From: Octopus sinensis
Taxonomy: Eukaryota
Length of the DNA: 64,000 bases
Assembly: GCF_006345805.1 (NCBI RefSeq)
Contig: NC_043018.1
Location: forward strand, 6,572,001-6,636,000
Direction of reading: 5' to 3'
A program made the translations under genes and the position numbers. Below are positions 53,811-64,000 of the stretch, one piece after another; position 1 is the stretch's first letter; the number at the start of each line of letters is the position of its first letter. The notes beneath the pieces are model-generated. The model did not search any database. It saw nothing but the letters and a program-made list of their open reading frames with translations, and had not been told where the DNA came from.

Positions 53811-54384
53811 AAGTTGACAGAATGATAAGCATCTTGCACAAGATGCTTAGCAGCATTCTTTCTGACTCTTTACATTCTGAATTCAAATCCTGTCATGGTT
53901 AGTATTGACTTTCTTTCTTTCAGGGTTGAGAACATTGGGGGTGGGGGTAGTATTGGGAATTCACATACCCATTCGCTAAACTTTTTGACCTTGTACCAGA
54001 AGCAGAAGCCGTCATCATTTTTATTGTTTTTTGTTATCAAGCACAAGCATCATCATCATCATCATCATCATCATCATTGTTATCGTCATCATTAACTTTT
54101 CAACAATTAATTTGTGTTTACTTGATTAATTTGATGTTCCTTTGATGTCCAATTCCTCATTATAGATATACTGTACATACAAACACACGTGTGCACACGT
54201 GCACACACACACACACAGATGTACATCATCAGCAAGTTAGATGTGAATAATCAGGTCATCGTCATCGTCATTGTTGTCATAATCGCCGTCAACATCATCA
54301 TAATCATCATCACCATCAGCAAGCCCTGGACATTATTGTCTTGAGTTCTAGACCTCACAGATCCAGTTGCCCAGTTTCGATGCC

Positions 54385-54825
54385 ATATGATCTTTGGTTG
54401 ATGAGATGATCTTTGGTTGCTGAGATGATCTTTCTTTGTTGAGATGATCTTTGGCTGATGAGATGATCTTTGTTTGTTGAGATGCTGTTTGGCTGATGAG
54501 ATAATCTTTGCTTGTTGAGATGATCTTTGGTTGTTGAGATTATCTTTGTTTGTTGAGATGATGTATGGCTGATGAGATAATCTTTGCTTGTTGAGATGAT
54601 CTTTGGTTGTTGAGATGATCTTTGGTTGTTGAGATGATCTTTGGTTGATGAGATGGTCTTTGGTTGATGAGATGATCTTTGGTTGTTGAGATGATCTTTG
54701 GTTGATGAGATGGTCTTTGGTTGATGAGATGATCTTTGGTTGTTGAGATGATCTTTGGTTGATGAGATGGTCTTTGGTTGATGAGATGATCTTTGGTTGT
54801 TGAGATGATCTTTGGTTGTTGAGTC
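54385..54825. repeat. 19-bp minisatellite (gagatgatctttggttgtt), about 23 copies
   Basis: Unit counted directly; 57-bp higher-order period in the right half. Confidence 0.92.
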
Positions 54826-54904
54826 TCATAGAGGCAATGACAAGTGACCAAGACTTTTGACAATTTGCTGTGTTTGTGAAGACATGTCAAGTCGAGTGAA
54901 ATCA

Positions 54905-55270
54905 TTATTGTTGTCAGTGCTGGTGACATATAAAAGGCACCTATGCCAGTGACACATAAAAGGTACCCACAATGGTAACACCTGAAAGGGCACCCTTGCT
55001 AGTGACATGTGAAAGACACTCATGCTGGTGACACAAAAAGGGCACCTACTCTAGTGACACCTCAAAGTGCACCCATGCCAGTGACATGTAAGACACACCC
55101 AGTACACTCCATAAAGGGACTGGCATTAGGAAGGGCATCCAAGCGTAGAAACCAAGCCAAAACAGATGACTGGGGTCTGGTGCAGATTTCTGACATACCA
55201 GCTCCAGTCAAACCATCTAACCCATGCCAGTATGGAAAACAAATTATTTAGCTGATGATGATGAAGATGA
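54905..55270 (+). mobile_element. Family B with degenerate ~28-bp tandem units at its 5' side
   Basis: ggcacc..tgccagtgacac repeats, then ggcattaggaagggcatcca. Confidence 0.75.
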
Positions 55271-55630
55271 TAAGTGGCTGTAATCACAATGTCCCCCTTG
55301 AATGGAACACCATTCCATTGCAGGGTCACTCTTTTACAGCTGAGTAGACTGAGGCAATATGAAATGAAATGTTTTACATAAAGAGACAATGCATTGCCTG
55401 GTGTGGGAATTGGGGTCATTAGTTCAAATCAGTTCCAGCATCTCAAAATCCAATGTTTTCTGTTGTTGGTTTTGTTATTGTTGCTTAGATAACAGCTTTA
55501 CTATTGAAAACGGTCTAACCTGGACCATCCAATCTGACTTTCAAACAAAAACTGTATCAAGAGCTCTGTTATCCATTTCTGTAATCCAAAATGTATCCAT
55601 TTTGTTAAGGTGGTAAGATGTAATTTGAGG

Positions 55631-55671
<41 letters not shown>

Positions 55672-56058
55672 TAAATAAATACATGTATATACAGAGATAT
55701 ACATCTATACACACACACACATGACCACTTTTCCTATATATAGGGGTGTTTTTTACCCTCTTCTTTAAAAACTGTTTCCAAGCTGTTCTGCATTTAAGAT
55801 TTCCTTCACTTCTCTCTCTCTGTCTCCCTGTATATATATAAGATAATTAATTGATTAATTAATCCTCCATAGCTCATCAGCAAAGTTGCTAAATAAAATG
55901 CATAACCATAAAACTGCAATATGTACCAACATCAATGTGCTTTAATGTGACAATATTCTTTCATGGTTTTAGGCTTTCACTGCCATTTTCAGCATGTAAG
56001 AAATCCACTTGGTGGTTTTCTCTTCATGTATGTTTCATACACTATTATATATATATAT

Positions 56059-56253
56059 AACAATTGCAGTGTGGAAGGTGTTTTTAAGCCATTTAAGAAA
56101 CACACAAAACTGTTAGATTCACTTCAACATTTAAATTTAATTTGTCAAAATTGAAATTTAATTTTGACAAATTAAATTTAAATGTTGAAGTGAATCTAAC
56201 GGTTTTGTGTGTTTCTTAAATGGCTTATAAACACCTACCACGCTGCAATTGTT
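56059..56253. repeat. Near-perfect 195-bp palindrome (94-bp arms, 4 mismatches)
   Basis: aacaattgcagtgtgg...gtcaaaatt gaaattt aattttgac...ccacgctgcaattgtt. Confidence 0.95.
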
Positions 56254-56324
56254 TTCGTTCCAGGACACGATCTCAGATCAAGTCACTTGCTATGCAAGTA
56301 CATCTCTGTAATATATATATATAT

Positions 56325-56640
56325 ATATCACCATGATCACCGTGACCGACCAGGCTATCAGATGCTGCTACACATCGCTGGTCACAATGCGCTTTGCATT
56401 GTTTTAGCCTTCAAATGACGCCACCCCGCTGGCTAAGCGAGCAGGCCAACAGAAGAAAGAGTGAGAGAAAGTTGTGGTGAAAGAGTACAGCAGAGATCAC
56501 CACCGCCCCCTGCCGGAGCCTCGTGGAGCTTTAGGTGTTTTTGCTCAATAAACACTCACAACGCCCGGTCTGGGAATTGAACCCGCGATCCAAAGACTAC
56601 GAGTTCGCTGCCCTAACCACTCAGCCATTGCGCCTCCACA
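56325..56640 (-). mobile_element. SINE family E, full length
   Basis: Homologous to 23405-23714. Confidence 0.88.
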
Positions 56641-56720
56641 TATATATATATATATATAATATATATATAATATATATATATAATATATATATATATATAT
56701 TGATATATATATATTATATA

Positions 56721-56751
<31 letters not shown>

Positions 56752-57479
56752 ATAATATATAAAGATATATATATATATATAATATATATATATGTATATA
56801 AATATATACACACACACATACACACACATATATATGTGTATTTATGTTTAATATGTTTGTGTACACTTAAGCTAGGAAAGAATTTTGCTGTGGTTTCTCT
56901 CCAAAGAGAAATTGTCTTTGCAGAGAATGCAAGTTCCAAGGACACCAAATATATAAACATTGTTCCTTGTTATTGTATTTCCGAAGTAGGTGGTTGTTTT
57001 CGTTTTTCATTATTTAACAAGTGTTCAGTTTCCCCACTTTTAAAAGGATTCTTCAAATTTCAAGAAATACGAGAATTGCTAATCGTATGTATGTATGTAT
57101 GTATGTATGTATGTATGTGTGTATGTATGTATGTGTGTATGTATGTATGTACGTATGTATGTTTGTATGTATGTATGTATGTATGTATGTTTGTATGTAT
57201 GTATGTATGTATGTATTTATGTATGTATGTATGTATGTATGCATGCATGTATGTATGTATATACGTATGCATTTATGTGTGCATGTTTATATGTATGCAT
57301 GTATAGATGTATATAAGTATATGTTACATATGTATATAAATGTATGTGCATGCGCATATGTGTGTGTGTATATTCTATGTATGCATGTATGTACAGAGTG
57401 ATGGGTGAATGAACGGATGGATGTGTGTATAAATATATATATATAACGTGGTTGATGCCAGCATGTGATCGATGCCAGG

Positions 57480-58032
57480 GACGTGGTTGATGCCAGCGAT
57501 GTGGTCGATGCCAGCGCCACCTTGACTGGCTTCCGTGCCGGTGGCACGTAAAAAGCACCAACTGATCGTGACCGTTGCCAGCCTCCCCTGGCATGTAAAA
57601 AGCACCCACTCCACTCACGGAGTGGTTGGCGTTAGTAAGGGCATCCAGCTGTAGAAACACTGCCAGATCAGACTGGAGCCTGATGCAGCCTCCTGGCTTC
57701 CCAGACCCCGGTCGAACCGTCCAACCCATGCTAGCACAGAAAACAGACGTTAAACGATGATGATGATGTCAGTCCACTATTAGTTACATGGGGTGGGGGT
57801 CGGAATCCTTCCACAACATGCCCTTAACAAAGTTCATACGGAGATTCAGTATGACACAGAATATGACAAGGTATCCCATTTGAATTACAGGTGCTACTCA
57901 TTTTTACCTGTTGAGTAGACTGCAGCTACGTCAAATAAAGTGTCTTGCTCAAGGACACAGTGCACTGCTGGGAACCGAACTCACTTCCTTACAACTGAGA
58001 GCTGATCACCCTAGCCACTAAACCACATGCAT
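57480..58032. mobile_element. Family B (+, 57480-57770) and SINE C (-, 57830-58032)
   Basis: Family cores recognisable. Confidence 0.8.
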
Positions 58033-58048
58033 GTAAGTATGAAAAATA

Positions 58049-58079
<31 letters not shown>

Positions 58080-58084
58080 CAGTC

Positions 58085-58274
58085 ACCATGATAGATCATT
58101 AGCCACTACAAACATTTTTCTTTCCTTCTTTCTCTCATTTTTTCTGTGTCCCTTTCTGTAGAAGAGCGTAGGCTCAAAATGTAAAAGACTTTTTCTATTC
58201 CTGAGTGTTATACTAATACATCTGTTTGTTTTGTACACCACCTGTCTTCGTCTTTTGTTTTTTTCGTAAACTCT

Positions 58275-58278
<4 letters not shown>
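58085..58278 (+). mobile_element. Family F copy 3 (hammerhead-like motif at 58148-58189, mutated)
   Basis: gtcccttt-ctgtaga-a-gagcgtaggctc-aaaatgta-aaagac. Confidence 0.85.
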
Positions 58279-58316
<38 letters not shown>

Positions 58317-58639
58317 ACACACACATATATATATATTTATACTTACATATACACAGATTAAGATGAGCAAGCCAGAACTTCAAAGTCCCTGTCAACACTT
58401 GATTTTATAAAAATTTAATAGACATGTACTCAAATAAAATGCATGAAGAAATCTTAAAGTTTCATGTTAAATTATTTTCATATATAATGTGACACACAGA
58501 CAGAAAAAAAGGAAGGAAGGAAGAAAGAAAGAAAAAAGAAAGAAAGAAATATGATATGGAATAGACTAGAAACGGTAATATTCCTGTCTGAGAAATTGGT
58601 AAAACATCAGAAAAACTGCAGAGTTAGATGCCATTGGAT

Positions 58640-58899
58640 CAGCCTAAAAAAACTCCATATAACTCTACCATGGAATTGAGTACTTTTATCCACTTTCCCA
58701 TTACTGATACATGAATATGTGTATATATTGATACATATCTACATAGATGCGAGCATACATATGGCATGCATATATATACACATACATGGATGCGTGTATA
58801 AATACTTACAAACATATATACACACACACATACACACATATATATACACATATATATAAACATATATATACATACATATATATGCATACATATATATAT

Positions 58900-58969
<70 letters not shown>

Positions 58970-60062
58970 GACATGCATATGTATATACCCATAATCGCAT
59001 ATATTTATAATGCATATATATACCTGCATGCATATATGCATAATATTTTCACACATTCATGCGTAGGTACATACACATAAACATATACATGCATGCATGC
59101 ATATACATATAAACACACATCCATCCACCAATACATACACGCATATATACATACATTCATCCATCAATTCGAACACATGTACATGCATACACGCATCAAT
59201 ACACACATAAATACATATGTACATGTATACATATACATAAATATACATACACTCACACATGCAAACATTTATCAATCCATCCATACATACATTCATAACA
59301 TATAAACACTAACACATATATACATACATAACATATATATACATACTTATATACATTTGTACATACATACAAGCATGCACACGCACACACATACATACAA
59401 TTAGCAATTCTCATATTTCTAGAAATTTGAAGAATCCTCTTAAAAGTGGGGAAACTGTACACTTGTTAAATACAGAGCAAAATAAAAAAACCCAAAAAAA
59501 ATTTCAAAAAATTCTCCCAACATAGTGTTTATATATTTGTTGTTCTTGAAATCTCATTGCTTTTTTTTGTTTTTTCTTAACATGTTATGGGAAAGTCTTT
59601 GAGTGTGTAAATCTGCAAAAGACATATTAATAGCTATAAGGAAATATATTCCGACATTTAAATGAACTGTCAACGAGAATTACATTTTCTTGCCAACATT
59701 TTGGCACATATTGACATGTATATAAACCGATGTATATATATATATATATATATATACACATTTATATATATATATATATAATATATATATATTAATATAT
59801 TATATATATATACATTTATATATATATTTATTTATTTATATATATATATATACATATGTGTGTATGTATGTCTATGTGTATATGCATATATATATATATA
59901 TATGTATATAATATATATACATGTGTATGTATGTCATATGTATATGTGTGTGTGTATATATATTATATACATATGATATATATATGTAAATATACACATA
60001 TGTTGATATATGCAAGCATATATATATATATACATTTAAATTTATATTATATATATATATAC

Positions 60063-60104
<42 letters not shown>

Positions 60105-60119
60105 AATTTATATATATAT

Positions 60120-60154
<35 letters not shown>

Positions 60155-60160
60155 CATGAT
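58640..60160. repeat. (TA)n/(TACA)n microsatellite field with interspersed unique segments
   Basis: Direct inspection. Confidence 0.9.
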
Positions 60161-60469
60161 GGTAATGTGTGTGTTTCTTTTAGTATATTTGTTTTAGGAA
60201 AATAAAATTTGCTTGTTTTGTCATTTTATTGCATATTTATTGTATTTATTTAATATTTATATATATCTATAAATATATATAATATATATATGTTAATGTT
60301 AAAAACCTGACATTACTTATGATATCAAGATTGCTTGATAGTTTGAGTGTTTATGTGTATATAATTACAAACAGTCAGTGATGCATGCCTATATGAACAT
60401 ATGTGTCATGCACGTACTTGTGATTATACACACATACATACATATATTCATGCTTGTATATTGCTTGTC

Positions 60470-60690
60470 TTTTTCTTGCTTCAGTCATTAGACTGTGGCC
60501 TTGCTGGGGCAATACTTCGAAGAATTTTAGTTGAACATATCTACCCCAGAACCTGTTTTCTTTTAGGCCTGGTGCTTATTCTGTTGGTTTCTTTTGCTGA
60601 GCCGCTACATTACAGGGATGTAAACACACCAACACCGGCTGTCAAGCAAAGGTGGGGAACAAAATACAGATACAATGACACACACACAAA
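60470..60690 (-). mobile_element. SINE family A, partial and diverged
   Basis: ttgcttcagtcattagactgtggcc...gggaacaaaatacagatac. Confidence 0.75.
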
Positions 60691-60851
60691 GATAAATATA
60701 TACTAATGAGCGTTGCAGTTGTATATATATAACAAATATGAATATATATATATATATATAATATATATGAATATATACATATATATATATATATATTATA
60801 TATATTTATATATATATATATTTATATATATTATACATATAATATATATAT

Positions 60852-61050
60852 AGGGAAAGTTTACGAAAAAACAAAAGACGAAGACAGGTGGTGTACAAAA
60901 CAAACAGATGTATTAGTATAAAGCTTAGGAATAGAAAAAGTCTTTTACGTTTCGAGCCTACGCTCTTCTACAGAAAGGTACACAGAAAAAACAAGGAGAG
61001 AAACAAAGTGAGAAAAAAATGTGTGTCGTGGCTAACTATCTATCATGGCA
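60852..61050 (-). mobile_element. Family F copy 4 (hammerhead-like motif at 60940-60981)
   Basis: Minus strand gtaccttt-ctgtaga-a-gagcgtaggctc-gaaacgta-aaagac. Confidence 0.85.
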
Positions 61051-61058
61051 TCTGATAA

Positions 61059-61123
<65 letters not shown>

Positions 61124-62487
61124 CATACATACATATATATACATACATACATATATATACATACATACATATATACACACATATATACATATATATAGAC
61201 ATACATATATATATACATATATATAGACATACATATATATACATATATATATACACACATATATACACACACATATATATATACATACATATATATATAT
61301 AAATATATATTTATATATGTATATATTGATAGAAATGGTAAGACAACAAAAGAATGAAAGAGACCTCGATATTATGTAAATAGAGGAATTTATCTGTTAA
61401 ATATAAAATGTGACAATTATTCATTAGCCATGATAAAATGCTGAGTTTCAGATATCAGGGTGTAAACCCATGCTTCCATCTCTTCAGTTATCTGACCATC
61501 GAAAAAAATGCTATGAAAATGATCTTTAAAACAAAGGGAAATTACTGTGCGATTGACCCTTATTAAGACAAAAGAGCTATTAGGATGATCGTTAAGTGAG
61601 GGGAGGGAGTAAAGGTAAGGGAGTAAAAATGGTCATAGTATTCACATAAGCACGCCTGTCCATACCTACACATGTGCGCTCGTGCACCCATGTACATGCG
61701 CCTATAAGTATATACTCATCCACCCTCACTTGAAACACACACATGTTCACCCACACATTCGCTAAAAATATATGCATAGCTGCATACTCACTTGCACGCA
61801 TACACGCACAAAAAAGGTTCATGCACACGTCTATATACACCCATGCACAAGAAAAAACAGGGTTAAATGCAAAATACAGCAAAATGTGTAAAGAAGTATA
61901 AAAAAATAAGCAATAAGAGTAAAACACATCTATATACGCACACAGGAATAGGAGTGACTGTGTGGTAAGTAGCTTGCTTACCAACCACATGGTTCCGGGT
62001 TCAGTCCCACTGCATGGCACACACACACACATTGCATGCTTTCATCTTCATAAGAGCAGGTTGTGCGGTTTGAGGAAGATTTAGCTGCTGTTTCTTGCAG
62101 ATTCAGACTATGTTAATCAGAAGTGTCAGCCTTCAAGAGCATGTCTGTTTATCTCTTGTAAGGAAAATTTTAAGGGAAAAATTAACGTATATTTAAGTTG
62201 ACAAATTTCTGGGTATATTGCATGCAATCATACAAAGCGACATTAATTAAAATGTTACTCTGCATTAACGAATTAATCATTTTATTATAATTTTTCGAAT
62301 ACCGAAATGCCAACCATACTAGAAAGTGGATTCGATAGTTAACAGCAATTATTTCTTGACGAAGATGGAAGCTTTTCTATTTTAGCATTTGGTTTACAAG
62401 ATTCTTGATGTGAACTTTTCTCTTGAAGCGTATTAAGTTGTGTTTCAGGATAGCCATTATGTGTGTGTGTGTGTGTATTTGAAGAAA

Positions 62488-63058
62488 CTCTTTACTCTTT
62501 TACTTCTTTCAGTCATTTAGTCGAGCAAATCGACCCCAGGACTTATTCTTTGTAAGCCTAGTACTTATTCTATCGGTCTCTTTTGCTGAACTGCTAAGTT
62601 AAGGGGACGTAAACACACCAGCATGGAAAAAGAGTTATTAAAAGATTGATACAGGAATTACTCTTTACTCTTTTCCTTGTTTCAGTCATTTGACTGTGGT
62701 CATACTGGAGCACCACCTTTAGTCAAGCAAATCAACCCCAGGAATTATTCTTTGTAAGCCTAGTACTTATTCTATTGGTTTCTTTTGCTGAGCTGCTAAG
62801 TTACGGGGACGTAAACACACCAGCATCGGTTGTCAAGCGATGTTGGGGGGGACAAACACAGACACACAAACATATACACACACACACACACACACATATA
62901 CGACGGGCTTCTTTTAGTTTCTGTCTACCAAATCCACTCACAAGGCTTTGGTCAACCTGAGGCTACAGTAGAAGACACTTGCCCAAGATGCCACGCGTTG
63001 GGACTGAACTGGAACCATGTGGCTGGTAAGCAAGCTACTTACCACACAGCCACTCCTG
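62488..63058 (-). mobile_element. Partial SINE A (62488-62624), a 45-bp linker, and full SINE A (62661-63058)
   Basis: The linker is also found next to the SINE A at 34843. Confidence 0.85.
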
Positions 63059-63269
63059 GAAAACAATGACTAAAAAATTAAAAATAATAAATTAAACTCG
63101 TTAGAACAACCAGTGAACTCATTCTTTTTCTTTTTCCAAATAAACCTAACTGTACCAAGGGCCTTACAGATTTTCCAATATATAGGTAGACAGATAGATA
63201 GAAAGACAGATAGACAGACATACAATATTCTTGTTATTTTTCTTATTGCTCCCTGTCCATATCTATAAC

Positions 63270-63500
63270 TTCACAACAGAATTTGTCTCTCACCATTCCT
63301 GCCCAGCGGCTTAAACTTATGGTCACTAACAACATGCTGTATCATATCCAAGTGAAACAGAGTTCATTTAATGAGATAGCCCTTATTATATCACCTGATG
63401 AGATGCACCACAACAAGTAGTATACTTTCACATCCCTGAGGAATTGATGCAAGATGTGTTAAAACGATTGTTGTGAGAAATAAAGTTTCCCGTGTATTCC
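63270..63500 (+). mobile_element. PLE 3' remnant with a decayed hammerhead-like motif (63391-63476)
   Basis: PSGLN end-of-ORF motif (ccc agc ggc tta aac); tcac-CTGATGA-gatgcac...gtgtt-AAAA-cgattgt-t-gtga; then aataaagttt. Confidence 0.5.
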
Positions 63501-63554
63501 ATTTTCCATCTCTATCATTTGTGTTATACATCTATCTATCTATCTGTCTGTCTG

Positions 63555-63669
<115 letters not shown>

Positions 63670-63687
63670 ATATATATATATATAGGT

Positions 63688-63885
63688 TAGTTGTCGGAGC
63701 ACTGCATCCTTCAAAACTTCCATGCTTCCTGAGATTCGCCAACACTACACCTGATTTTCTCCCCTCCATACACACACAAGCATGTATCTGACTCATACAC
63801 TGTTCACTTCCCAGACATTTGTACATTACTGCAAATACTTTATACGCACTTTTGACAAGTTGTGGCACCTGAGCACTGTATACAA
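63688..63885 (+). repeat. Interspersed repeat family G, copy 2
   Basis: Homologous to 25640-25832. Confidence 0.8.
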
Positions 63886-63905
63886 TAATTTCCTTATTAT
63901 TATTA

Positions 63906-64000
63906 CAAGGGGGTGCTGAAAAGTTCTCGGATTTAAGGGTATCATTAAAAGCAGTTGAAGGCCCTACCCTCTAAGTTCTTTTACAGGGCTTAGAAAAACT
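63906..64000 (+). mobile_element. Mariner/Tc1-derived MITE, left end, truncated by the window edge
   Basis: TA target followed by caagggggtgctgaaaagtt TIR-like start; ttttacagggcttagaaaaact reads FTGLEK, like a mariner transposase C-terminal remnant. Confidence 0.6.

Noticed and set aside
61430-61495. Minus-strand CTGAAGA...GAAAC with GATAA/TTATC stem I
   Set aside because: Stem III and the NUH site are not recoverable. Counted only as a weak member of the hammerhead census, not called as a feature.

Overview
Eukaryotic, repeat-dominated non-coding DNA (intergenic, or inside a very large intron), most likely from a coleoid cephalopod of the Octopus type. That assignment is inferred from my recollection of the four tRNA-derived SINE families and the microsatellite load; no database search was run. 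I found no intact protein-coding gene. Almost all ORFs in the supplied track are translations of microsatellites ((TA)n, (CA)n, (TACA)n, (TATC)n, (CAT)n, (TC)n) or of SINEs. Recognisable coding relics are decayed retroelements (two Penelope-like fragments, two R4/Dong-like LINE fragments with a restriction-like endonuclease, a CR1-like 3' end), plus MITEs, a non-autonomous Helitron and a mariner-derived end. The most notable signals are: (1) about ten minimal type-I hammerhead-ribozyme-like motifs in several unrelated Penelope-derived repeats, mostly with a palindromic (dimer-type) stem III, including one with an intact core and extended stem II (35730-35825) and a four-copy family with a fixed non-canonical CUGUAGA core; (2) two extremely AT-rich islands (about 5900-8570 and 10400-11520) of unexplained origin, one carrying a host-type Helitron and ending in a perfect 28-bp palindrome, the other bounded by ~93-bp inverted repeats; (3) recurrent near-perfect fold-back inversions (25.8-26.1, 50.6-50.8, 56.06-56.25 kb); (4) a probable SINE 3' transduction or templated copy linking 34.8 kb and 62.6 kb; (5) two candidate micro-exons near 4.5-5.5 kb. 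Repeat boundaries are by eye and approximate to +/-10-20 bp.
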